From: Lama guanicoe
Lineage: Eukaryota
NCBI GenBank assembly: GCA_013239625.1
Contig: MU053629.1
Coordinates: forward strand, 2,817,567 to 2,881,566
Direction: 5' to 3'
Length of the DNA stretch: 64,000 nt
Shown here: positions 51,489 through 64,000 of the stretch, in pieces
Layout: each line of letters opens with the position of its first letter
Numbering within the stretch: position 1 is the stretch's first letter
Program-made: the position numbers and the translations under genes
Notes under the pieces: model-generated
What the model was told of the DNA's origin: nothing
Databases searched by the model: none
Seen by the model: the letters and a program-made list of their open reading frames with translations, nothing else

Positions 51489-52564
51489 TCAAAATAGCAA
51501 CAACAAAAAAATCAAGACCTAGCAAGACCTTGGCAAGGCCAGTAATTCAACAAACAATACCCAATTTTATTCAGAATCATTTCAGTCACCTTTGATTTGT
51601 GCCTCTATTAAAAAATTTGTCACCAATGTTAATAAACCTGAGTTGGTTTTATTCATGTCTTATAGCTAAGACTAGATTCTGTCCAAAAAAAAAAAAAAAA
51701 AGGACGCCTGAGTTGCATGCTAGTGGCAGAGTTTCCAATATGGTTAGAATGTATGCTCTTCTTAAGATACACCGATTATTTCATTAAAACGACAACCCTT
51801 TACAGAGAGAAAATACCTATACAGGTCAACCATTCATGCACATTTAAGAGTCTAATTTTAGCATTCTGCCTATTTCTCAGTGCAGCATCATCTTGAGCAG
51901 TATTTTTTTTGGTCTTTTGTAGAAATTTGCAAAAATGTTTTATCTATTTGGGGTTGGGGGTAACTGAACTCAATCCCTCAAGCAGTTTCAATACTGGTAT
52001 AGTTTATAAGTATGGATAAGATCTTTTAAGTCTTCAATACCAAACTCAAAAAAAACCAAAAACAAAAACTGCAAGTAAACTCATGGCTGAATTCACTTGA
52101 TGTTCTTCCCAAATTACAGTAAGATTTTAAATAACTTGCTTTTATTGTTTCTTTTTAAGATCTTCTACCAGCCTACTCAAATAATGTTTAATAAAATTCA
52201 CCATTTTTTTTACATAGCAAAGAAAACATAGATACATTTCTAAAATGAATATTTTTAAATGCCACATATTCTTCAGGAAGCTTCTTCATCATTACAAACA
52301 CTTTTAGCATGCATGGATACAGAAATAAATACAGTTGACACTAAGTAGGCCCATATGACAGAGACAGAAAGGATATAAGGGATAAGAAATGGCAAAATCA
52401 TGAAACCTCACAGGTACGTGTTAATCTGTGTGAAAGGTCAGGATGGGTTCTGCTCGTGACCTAGAGGCTAGAAGTCAGGCCTTTCAAAATTGAATAAATA
52501 ACTTATTAATTCCTCACTCCCCTTTTCTTTGTTTCATGTAACAACTTTACAGGAAACACCTGAG

Positions 52565-52747
52565 GCCTTTAGCATCACATGAGTATTGAAATCATCTGAG
52601 GGGCTCGTGAAACAGACTGCTGGGTCCCATTACCAGAGTTTCTGATTCAGGAGGTCTGGAGTGGGCCCAAGAATTTGCAGTTCTAAAAAGTTCCCAGAGA
52701 TGCCAATGCTTGGCTTCTGGTGCAGGGGCCATACTTTGAGAACCCTA
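52565..52747 (+). mobile_element. MER5A-like hAT MITE
   Basis: CAGAGTTTCTGATTCAGGAGGTCTGGAGTGGGCCCAAGAATTTGC...CTTTGAGAACC. Confidence 0.85.
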
Positions 52748-53970
52748 AGGGGGCACATGGACTCAGAAGTCTCAAAGCTTCACCCAACTACTGTCATTAG
52801 AAATCTTTGGGTGTGAACTAGGTCACTGGCAAAAGTAAAGAAGGGAAGAGTGACTTAAAAAAAATAAAGCAAGGATAGAGGGAAAATAGAAGAGTTAGAA
52901 AGAGGACACAAACACATCACAGAAATAAGCATGACATACACAAAGAAGAAAATTGATGCACAAGATAGCTAGTAGTAGAAAGACATTCAGGTTGCCCAAA
53001 TAGGGTTCAGATCTGCATAAATACAGTCTTAAGGGCTCCCTCAGTATTATCCAACCATTACACAGCATAAAGTTTACATCAGCATAATTTTTTGTTTTCA
53101 GAATTTAGAATTTCACTGTAAGATTCTTCTCAGGTGACAGTAACATCCAAGGTCCCTCAACAGAAAAAATACATATATTGACTATATAACCAGAAGGCCA
53201 TGTGACACTCTCAGTGGAAATGAGACTTTAAAAGTTGCCTATTATATTCTAAAGTTTTTACCAACAAAAACAAACCTGGGACCTGGATCTTCTTTCTTTC
53301 TCCTTAATCACCCTGGGGACTACGAGTGACTTCTATAGTAGCCAGTATACACAATCCTTCAATAAATCTCCGAATCAGTTTGAGGAAATCACAGGCCTTC
53401 ACTAAATCCTGGTAGCATACATCAACTTAACTGTATGTATCACACATATAAAGGATGGAGTTCTTAGAGCTCTCATGAAACTGACCACCTAACTGAAAGT
53501 TGAAACAAATGTGAAATACTATAAAAGGCAAAAGAAAAAAAATTAGAATTCATTGAATTGCTACAGAAAGCCATATCCCGAGGGTGATTTCTTATCAATC
53601 TATGCTCTCTATAAATGTCCATCATATTTGCAGGTGGTAGATGAAACTTTACATTTGTGAGATAAGGTAAACAGATGAACACAAGAGCTTCAAAACCTCA
53701 GAAGCAGTAAATGCAATTTCTAATACAGAAATGACAGGAGTAGTCTGTAAGAGATTTAGAAATAATTTTCAAACTGTATCCTAACTCACAGCTTTTGCTA
53801 GCCTCGGAAAGTATGGACCAGCCCTTTCCTTATTAAGTAGTAACACTGTATTTGAAAATGGTGACCTTTAGTAACCACAGCACATCTAACACTAGGGTTA
53901 TGAAATGGGTGGGATTTATACATTAAACTAAGACTCTTCTTTTCTAACAACTTGAGCTCTTCAGGCCCTA

Positions 53971-54177
<207 letters not shown>

Positions 54178-55594
54178 TTATAATTCAGCACTTCACACCA
54201 GACTATAAACAAATGAAACAATGAAGAACAGTATTCTAAATGCTTTTTTCCAAAAAAGTACACTGAAAAATTCAAGTTATGTTTGCAGTAATGAAAATGT
54301 TTTGGAACTAGATAGAGGTGGTAGTTGTACAATATCATGAATGCATTAAATGCCACTGTTCATTTTAAATGTATATTTTAAAACGGTTAATTTAATGCAT
54401 GTGAATTTCACCTTAATATAAAGTCTACAGTTAGAAACATTCCAGGTTGTGAGTCTTCATGATGGAATGATCTACATAAACAAAGTAAAAACAGCAAAAT
54501 AGATTCTTATGGCAAAGCCAGAAAAGAACTCAAAGTCACTTGCCTTCCTAAACCTTTGCCTAGACAAACAAAATCATGTAATGGGTCAATAAGGCATTCA
54601 TTTCTTCTAGAAATGCAACAAAACTACTTAAGAAGCTCAGAAGGAACATTTTAATACCATTGTTTTTTATTTGCCAAAAATAAACCGGGTTTTTACCATA
54701 GTATATGCCAATACGTCCCATTTATCTTTATGAGATTCTGTCTTGGTACATGAGGTTCTCAGTGGCCTAAGGAGGAGGCTGAAAAAAATGGAAACCATTG
54801 CCCTATGCCTGGCTAATGCTAGGTATGGCTGTGAGGAGTGACAGCTGAGGACAGGCTGAGATGGTCAGATGATACAGGATCTTAACCAGGGTCCCACTCA
54901 AGTTAAAAAAACAGACTTCTTTTTCTTAGATACAAAAGTTCCACTTAAGTACATTAAATTTTATCACCAGAAAACGAGTATTATTTAACATATATAACAA
55001 ATACAAATTGTTTCACATTATAGCCACTTATGGAAGAAAAGAGGAGAGAGGAACAAAATAAAATGGACATCAGGAAGAGGAGGAAGATCTGCAGCAAGAA
55101 AGAATAAGTAAAAAGGAGGGAAATGAAAAGAAGTAGAGAAATTGAAGGGCCAAGAAACAGACACCAAGAAGGAACAGAGACTAGGCGTTCTGAATGAACC
55201 TCAGCTGAGGGGAAACGCTCTTCTTATTCCTCAATTGGAGTATAAAATTTTAAGCTATCTTCTTTCTATTACTGTCCCAAGCATGTTGTTTTAGTTAACT
55301 AACTACTATTCACAGCTTTCTGACCAGTCTTCATCACTAAACTTTCTGGCATTCCATAAGTGGATTTATTTAATTTCTGAACACCAGAAGAATTGGTAGG
55401 GCAACTTCACGCTAAGGGCCAAGTTAAACTAAGGCTCTTAGGGAAGAAATCTCCATCTTAGATATACTAGATCTTGTCTGACTTTTAAAAAAAATTAGAC
55501 TAAGGAAAGGAGCAAAGTCATAGGCAGTATTTACTTTGCTAAGATGGAGCTCACTGTTTCCCAAGTAAGAATGATATTTAAAAGGCCATGTTGA

Positions 55595-55724
55595 GGGGGA
55601 AAAGTATAGCTCAGTGGTAGAGTGCATGCTTAGCAGGCACAAGGTCCTGGGTTCAATCCCCAGTACCTCCGTCAAATAAAAGTAAGTAATTAAATAAATA
55701 AACCTAATTAGCCCTCCATCCCAA
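55595..55724 (+). mobile_element. tRNA-Ala-derived SINE (Vic-1-like) with perfect 15-bp TSD
   Basis: Same head and body as the other copies. TSD AAAAGGCCATGTTGA at 55580-55594 and 55725-55739. Confidence 0.92.
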
Positions 55725-55744
55725 AAAAGGCCATGTTGAAAAAA

Positions 55745-56642
55745 CAAACGACCCAAATAAAAAGTTGGCAAAGGATCTCAATAGACATCTCTCCAAAGAC
55801 ACACAAATGGCCAATAAGTAGATGAAGGAATGTACAGTATCACTAACCAGCAGGAAAGTGCAAATCAAAAGCACAATGACATACCATTTCACACCCCGTA
55901 GGACAGCTATTGCCAAAACAAACAAACAACCCTAGAAAAATCACAAAATTTGGCTAAGATGTGGAGAAATAAGAACCTTTGTGCACTGCTAACAGGAATG
56001 TATTATTAAAGTGTAGCTGCTATGGAAAAGAGTATGGTGGTTCTTCAAAAAATTAAAAAAGGAATTACCATGTCCAGCCATTTCACTTCTGTGTATATAC
56101 CCAGAAGAACTGAAAGCAGGGTCCATACACCCATGTTCGTAGCAGTATTACTCCCAATAGCCAAAAGGTGGAAGCAACCCAACTGTTCATGGGTAGATGA
56201 ATGGATAAACAAAAACAAAATGTGGTATATACATACAATGAAATATTATTCAACCTTGAAAAGGAGGGCCATTCTGATACATGCTACAACCTAGATGAAC
56301 CTTGAGGACACTATGCTAAATGAAATAAGCCAGACATTAAAGGACAAATATACTTATATAAGTATAATTATACTTAAATGAGGTATCTAGATTAGTCAAA
56401 TTCATAGAGACAGAAAGTGGTTGCCAGGGACTGAGGGGAGGAAGGAATGAAGAGTTATTATTTATTTTCCACTAAATTAGGTATTACTCATTGGATAGTT
56501 TCAGTTTTAGAAAATGAAAAAAGTGCTGGGGATGGATGGCAGTGATGGCTACAGAACAATGTTAACATACTTAATGCCATGAAACTGCACACTTAAATGG
56601 TTAAATTGGTAAATTTTGTTATGTGTATTTTACCACAAAAAA
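55745..56642 (+). mobile_element. Old L1M 3' fragment
   Basis: TPMFVAVLLPIAKRWKQPNCSWVDEWINK...WYIHTMKYYS is the L1 ORF2 end, followed by an L1 3'UTR. Confidence 0.88.
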
Positions 56643-57255
56643 TGGCTGAGTCTGTTAAGTTACAAATGGCAGTTAAGCATATAACATTATAAAATGCCTA
56701 GGGTCCAAACAAACTCTGTATTTTTAAAGTAGAAAACCATAACTCAATTTTTCAAATACCCAGGAGATGTATCTGATGTACTATTTCATTTTTTCTAGGC
56801 TTACACATTCTATATTACATTTCCCAGAAGGAAAACTATCACTTTTTAAAAAGAAATTAACTTCAGCTGACATAATATTTAATTTCACTTTGGGCAACAT
56901 AATTTTATCAGTCCGAGGCGCTGTAACTATAAATTAACTTCAGCGTAGATGCAGACAGTATTAAAAAAATCTAGTATGTACAAATATCTACTCACTATAC
57001 AACATTTTTAAAATAGCTTTTTTAATCTAAAAATTATATGGGCTGATTTTAAACAAATTAAAAAGTACAGTCAAGGTCAAAGTCAAAAAAAAAAGAGAAA
57101 GTAAAAATAAGTAATCCCAGTACCCAGAGATGACCCACTATGAACAGTTTATTATGTATCCACCGAGAACTCTGTCCTACGCTTATAAAGTATATAAAAA
57201 AAAATTAGATTACCCTGCCCCTCCCACCTCTGCTCCCAACATTTTTTCCTTTTTA

Positions 57256-57456
<201 letters not shown>

Positions 57457-58313
57457 TTACTATACACATTAATGAAAATACTACATAAACAATTCAATTA
57501 AGCCAGAGAAAGAAGAATTACTTGATAAACATACTCCAAAATATAAATAACCGTCAGGCTGGGGGCATGGTATATGCACAATGTTAGATTTTGCCTGGGC
57601 CTTTCATATTTATCTTACTTTAGTCAAACACTTCATCTATGTAGAAATAAATGTTTCCAAATGGAGAAGATAGAAAAATGTGGCCAATAGCTGTTTCTTA
57701 CTCACCATTCTCTGCAATCCTTTGAAACATGGCACGAGGTTTGTTTAATGCTATAAACCTTATTACAGAAATGATGAGGATAAATTTTTTTTTTACTTTT
57801 CTTTTCCAGAGAGAAACATTCTAACAATTGAAGGGAAAGCAGATGTTCATCTGGTTTATGTGAATCATATGAAGCCTATATTCAGCCAGGGAGTGAGCTG
57901 GCTTTATTTATTTTGTATCTTGTTTTAAGTTTTTTCCACTAAACTGGAAAATTCAAAATTAATTCCAAACTGGTATATTTTGGTATAGTTTGCCAACTTG
58001 AAAGAGAAAGCCCTTTCCAGAAAGAACTCCCGTGGTCCTCTCAGAGGCCCTTGGATGAGGCAGTGTTTTCAATATCCAGGAACAAGGGCAATTCTGCAGC
58101 CAGGGAGACGTCATTTCAGTGGCATCTACTTTCTGTCTACAAACCCCTCCCCATTCTGGAACCATCATTCCACTTTGAAATGTTCTAACTAAGCAAATAA
58201 CGTTCATGATTACTTTGAACTTAAAAAATTCATTTTGATAGTCAGCACTCAAGCTTCATTCGCTTTAGCACTCTGAGAAAATATTTAAACCAAGTACAAG
58301 AAAACATGCATAC

Positions 58314-58491
58314 ATTTATCCAGATGTCTGTTGTTTCTTCATAGATAATAAGTGGCGTCACAGAGTCAGGCACTGACTCAATGAGTCTCTGCCTTTCCAT
58401 GGCATCATCTTCTACTGGGATAAATAACTCAGGTGAGATCAACACTATCTGCAGGCGAGTCTGGGAGCGATCGAGCAGGATGGCCCAAGCA
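58314..58491 (-). CDS. DPP8: DPP8 coding exon
   Basis: TAG acceptor, GTATGC donor, 178 nt. AWAILLDRSQTRLQIVLISPELFIPVEDDAMERQRLIESVPDSVTPLIIYEETTDIWIN. Confidence 0.97.
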
Positions 58492-59169
58492 CTATTTAGA
58501 TAAATAAAAGGAAAGAACCAAAAATAAAGCCAACTTGCAGAAAATGAATACTCAACTACTTCCTCCCCTAGCACCCATCAGTTATTTCTGTAATCACAAA
58601 GGAAGAATTGCTTTAGTTTATGTTAAATTATCACTTATAAATGACTAATTTAAAGTATTAGCTTATTCTACACTTACTTTTAAAAGTTAAGCTTGAGCAG
58701 AGTTTTTTAAAATGGTTTTCTTTAAATTTCCAAAACCACAGGTGGCTTTTGAAATTGTTTTCTCCCTTTAATGTCAACAAACACCAGCCTTGTGAAACTC
58801 CCGTTATCCGCATTAGACACAGGAACTATGTGTAATCAACTTTATATAAGGCTCTACAAGTATTTGCTTAAATTATATAATAATAAAAGTACACACTTAC
58901 ACGTGAGCCTGAAAGTCATACAATTTAACCACAAATAACACTGTGAAACCATGACTGGCTAGGTAACAGACAATTAAAATGCAATGCACCTACACTTACA
59001 GGATTACAAATCCTCAAGTCAATTTAGTTCAGGAAAAATTCTTTGTGCAGAAATAACTATGCTGCAAATTTACATGTGAAGGCAGCTGCCCTGGAAAGAA
59101 AAACCTAATAGCACAGACAGTTCTGGATCCTAAATTATTTGTAAGGAAGTGACAATTTAACATACGCAC

Positions 59170-59270
<101 letters not shown>

Positions 59271-59694
59271 CTATTAAAAAAGAAAAAAAGGAATCTAGTT
59301 ATAGAAGACTTAGATAAATAATTAGCTTACTGGTCCACTTAAATCACTATCTTTAACAACATGACACCTTTTCAGTCTTAGGTTAATAGGACATAGCAAA
59401 ACCAGCAATAAGTTGTGGGTTACCTATACTGGTGCTCTTTATGCCTAAAAAAGTTCTAACTATAAAAATCAGCGTAATCTAAAAGTCTTTTCCCATGAGT
59501 TCATACTAATAGAACTCTTGAAAATCACCAGTAAATCAGGTTTTAATCACTTTAGACTCTAGTATCTAAGAAAAATCAGTCCCTAGTTCCTTATATTTTA
59601 CCCTAAAATATTATTTGTATAATATATTAGTGAAATGGTCCTGGGTAAGCAAACTTTTTCCCTTTAAAAGTCTAGCTAATACAATTAAAAAATA

Positions 59695-60517
59695 AATTTT
59701 TAAAAATGGGCAAAAGATCTGAATAGACAGTCCCCCAGAGGAGATATACAAATGGCTAATAAGCACATAAAAAGATCACCATCATTAGCCATCATAAAAA
59801 TATAAATCCAAACCACAGTAAGATACAACTTCAAACCCACTAGGACGGCTATGAGACAAACACGAACAAGTGTTGATAAGTATGCGGAAAAGTTGGAAAC
59901 CTCACACACTGCTGGTGGAAATATAAAATAGTACAGCCACCTGGGAGAAGTTCAGCAGATCCTCAAAGATTAAATAAACATAGAGTTATCCTAGGACCGA
60001 ACAAATCCACTCCTAGGTATCTAACCAAGAGAAATGAAAACTTGTACGCCCACAGTATTGGCAGCAGTATTTTTAACAGCCAAGAGTTGGAACAACCCAA
60101 ATGTCCATAACTGATGAACAGATAAATAAAATGTGGTATATCTATACAATGGAATATTCTTAGGTGATAGAAAGTAATGAAGTGCTGTTATATAGTGTAA
60201 CATGATTAGTGCTTGAAAACATGATGTTAATTAAAGAATCTAGACTAGATACTGTACGATTCCATTTACACAAAATGTCCAGTGTATGCAAATCCACAGA
60301 CAAAGATTAATGGTTACCCCGGGGCTGAGGGGCATGGGAAGGTTTGGGGGTGACGACCAAGGGATGTGGGTTTCTTCTAGAGATGATGAAAATATTCTAA
60401 AGTTGACTGTGGTGATGGCTGCACAACTCTGTGAATACACTAAAAGCCATTTTAAACTTTAAATGAGTGAATTGTACTGTATGTGAATTATATCTCAATA
60501 AAGCTGTTTTAAAAAAG
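59695..60517 (+). mobile_element. Old L1MB-like 3' fragment
   Basis: Begins AAAATGGGCAAAAGATCTGAATAGACA and ends TATATCTCAATAAAGCTGTTTTAAAAAA. Confidence 0.88.
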
Positions 60518-60944
60518 TCTAGCAGAGAAGACTGCTTTTTAATTAATTTTGTATATATTCAGCTTACAAGGATTTGGCTGTCCAAATCAGAGAACAGTAG
60601 TATAAGAGAAATGAGGGATATTTGTATCAATCTACCATAGACATCTATTCAGCACAGAAGGTAACTTACCAGTCAAAAGCCACTATTTAAAAAACAATGA
60701 TCTGGAGAATTAGCAAAGGCAAAGGGGAAACCCTATTGGAAAGCAGTAGTAAATATGCACATCCCCATATTCCTATTGAGAACCAGCAGAAAGTTTTCAA
60801 AGTAGAAAATCAGGTCAACCTGGAATCATGATCTGCAGATCTCAGCAAGCTCAACGAGTCCAAAACATAAAGAAGTGTATTTAGGATCTCTACTGACTGA
60901 CTAGTCAAATGACACACAAAGTTAACTCGGCATTTTATACTTAC

Positions 60945-61006
60945 CCTTCCTTCAGTATCAATCAACATCTCCGACATCTTAAAAGTGACTTTTGGATTTG
61001 CTGTGC
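60945..61006 (-). CDS. DPP8: DPP8 coding exon
   Basis: AAG acceptor, GTAAGT donor, 62 nt. (G)TANPKVTFKMSEMLIDTEGR. Confidence 0.96.
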
Positions 61007-61460
61007 CTTTAGAAAGAGACATAAATGAACAGTAATGCACATCCAAAATTATTCAAACTAATGTTGCCAGGTCAATCCTTTTTACGCTTCAGTTAAATCA
61101 GGGATACTGCACAGAGTCAGGGCTTGATAGCGTAAGAAATTCAAAACTCCATTTCAAATTCACAGTTTTTCATATGGGTATTAAAAAAAAGCTGTAAAAT
61201 ATCAAGTCAGTAGGTAACAAAGAAGGGAAACTCTGTATCATTTTACAGTTGAAATGCTGTAAACAGCAATATGTGGGGGAAACTATTAATTCATTGAGAA
61301 CATAATCCCTTAAAAATCTTCACTTCCTAGCAAAGACACTTCTTTATTCGTTTCTTGAAATAATCAGTACACTTCCCCAGCTTTGAAAATAACTAAAAGG
61401 ATCAGCTTGTAATTAGAAAAGCTACTTCAGGGACACTTAATACACAGCTCATCCTTGCTA

Positions 61461-61694
<234 letters not shown>

Positions 61695-62199
61695 TTAAAA
61701 GGAAATTAAATATTGAAAATGTAGAAGAATTATGCCAGAAATTAATCATAATTGACCAGTCCCTCTAGTATTATATTTCCCATAGTGAAAAATAGTTTAT
61801 ATATGAACTACGCTGCCTTTTATGTTTGAAAATATCACTAGTCTTTGTAGTAAGCAAGCTAAGTTACTGCTAAGCCACTTTTACTGGTTAAAGGTTATTC
61901 TTTTTGGAGGGCATGTAAAAAAATACACATACGTATTTAAAAAAGGGGAAACACTTGTGAAGGATTTCAGTGCTTGCGTACCTTAAAATTCATTAGTGTT
62001 GAAAAGTGTATCAATACACTTACAATATTTCCTATAAAAAGTCCTATTTCAATAGAATCTAGTTTTTTGAATAGTTTCTCTAATTCATGTCACAATCTTG
62101 TTCTAACAACATAGTTCTTATAAAACACTTTACATCTTAAAATAAAATGTCCAAATCTAAGACACGGCTTAAAAATAAATATTTTTCATGGTCCCTTAG

Positions 62200-62450
62200 A
62201 GACATGTTCAAAAACGCTAGCTGCAATCCACTAGTGGGTTATGAAATCTTTTAATGGCTCATAACCAGCATTTAAAAAATACAGCAAACAGAAAAAACTA
62301 TACAATGTCAGAGTGCATTACACATAAGGATAAGTATTGCTTCATGAACTCTGTTTTCAGTTTTATGTATAGAGTACATGTACAATGTGTTAGGCTAGAA
62401 TGGAAAATAAATTTCTTACTGGATCGTAAGTCAAAGTTTGAAAGCTCCTG
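62200..62450 (+). mobile_element. hAT-Charlie MITE (MER112-like)
   Basis: CCACTAGTGGGTTATGAAATC...TCAAAGTTTGAAAGCTCCTG. Confidence 0.65.
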
Positions 62451-62871
62451 CTTCAGAGAGCTTTTTCTTGGCAAGGAAAATACTCGTCAATTCACCAAGA
62501 AAAAGGACAAATTTGTCCCTTTCTCTGATCCATTCATACACTAATTTGGCCATCTGTTCTTGCGGACTCCCTAGCCAGTCCTATGTTCTTCCAGCAACTC
62601 TCATTAAGGTGTGATATTTTAATTTTGCTACCGACATTACCAAGACCAGCTTCTAGATGAACAATTGGCAAGGAGAGTTGAAGGACCTGGGGCACTGAAC
62701 CACAATGCAGTTGTTTTTACTAGAATTCATTATGGTGGGATACAGCCTGAATATTCTAAATAATTACTGCTAGGATCCAGTCTTCAGCACTTCAGAATCT
62801 ACCGTTCAGAATTAAGAATCTGTGCACTTAACTAATTGGTAGTTCAATCTCATAACACTGCAATTGACCTA

Positions 62872-63081
<210 letters not shown>

Positions 63082-63094
63082 TTACTCTGAAAGG

Positions 63095-63342
63095 CAGCTG
63101 TTGTATAGCGGCGAACTCTGGAGCCAAATGGACTGAGTTCAAATCTGGATTCCATCACTTACTAGCAGACTGACCTCAGGCAAATCACCCTGTCACATTT
63201 GACTGCTGTGTCCCACTTGCAAATGAGAATAAGAACCTACCTTATATGACTGCTATGAAGATTCAATGAGTTACTTCACATAAAGTACTTAAAACAGAGC
63301 CTAAACCATAGCATGTGTTCCATAAATGTTAGGTATTATTTT
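63095..63342 (+). mobile_element. MIR SINE (one example; other fragments near 3.55, 9.1, 12.7, 16.8, 30.7, 31.1, 32.7, 33.4 and 36.8 kb)
   Basis: GAGTTCAAATCTGGATTCCATCACTTACTAGC...GACCTCAGGCAAATCAC core and MIR 3' end. Confidence 0.8.
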
Positions 63343-64000
63343 CCCATTTGGTTAAAATCATGGGAAAAAGAATACATGTAAGGGTCATGGTGACTTACAA
63401 CTCTCCTACACAGAGAAGCACATCTTTAGACCTCGAAGGGGTCTTTACCGATCATGTGATTCAACATTCCTCCCCTCTCCCCTTCCTCCCATTCAAGCAG
63501 AGCAGATCAGTTTTCATCTGTTTTACACTTAGGTTTCCAGCAAACAGTTGAAGGGAACTTTTGCTTTAAAAAAACAAAAATAAAAACAAAAAACCCCACA
63601 AAGCCATGATTACATAAGATTTCGCAGCATGGGGAAATGTTTATAATATACTTGAATTTTAAAAAGCATATTACTAAATGATATGCATGTTGTGATTCCA
63701 TTTATAAAAATGTTATACAAATATATACTTTTTAAAGTGTTGGAAAATAAAACAAAATGTGGTTCTCTCCAAATAGTGAGACTATGGACAAGCTTTTTTA
63801 AAAAAATGCTTTATATTTTACAAAATCTTAAGTGTACTATTTATTTTTAAAAATGCATATACTTGTATAACCACACCCTATCCAGACACAGAATATTTCC
63901 AACACCCCAGAATGTTTTCTCATCCCCCTTCCCAGGCAAGGTCCATGCCCACCCCAGAAGCAACCATTGATGTGACTTCTATCACTGGATGTTAATAGTT

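Overview
Mammalian genomic DNA, very probably camelid (alpaca/camel): it carries three copies of a tRNA-Ala-headed SINE resembling camelid Vic-1. Two genes lie on the minus strand. (1) The last 15 coding exons of DPP8 (dipeptidyl peptidase 8) run from 63008 down to the stop at 40054. They total 1934 nt, have GT-AG sites with matching phases and keep the Ser-Asp-His triad. A probable ~4 kb 3'UTR follows. (2) The CpG-island promoter and first three coding exons of IGDCC4 (NOPE) run from 16006 down to 5783, and the gene continues off the left edge. The DPP8-IGDCC4 order is the usual mammalian arrangement. The intergenic interval (~16.6-34 kb) and introns are filled with L1, L2, MIR, MaLR/ERV LTRs, an ERV env/PPT relic and hAT/Tigger fossils. 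A 28-N assembly gap sits in the IGDCC4 5' leader. I found no convincing previously undescribed biological system, and nearly all ORF-track entries are spurious. The best leads are modest: a hairpin-embedded internal poly(A) signal in the DPP8 3'UTR, a symmetric bidirectional poly(A) cassette with an orphan CpG patch upstream, a gap-dependent upstream AUG frame in IGDCC4, and decayed env and hAT transposase relics. Repeat subfamily names are from recognition of consensus sequences, not a database search, and repeat boundaries are approximate.
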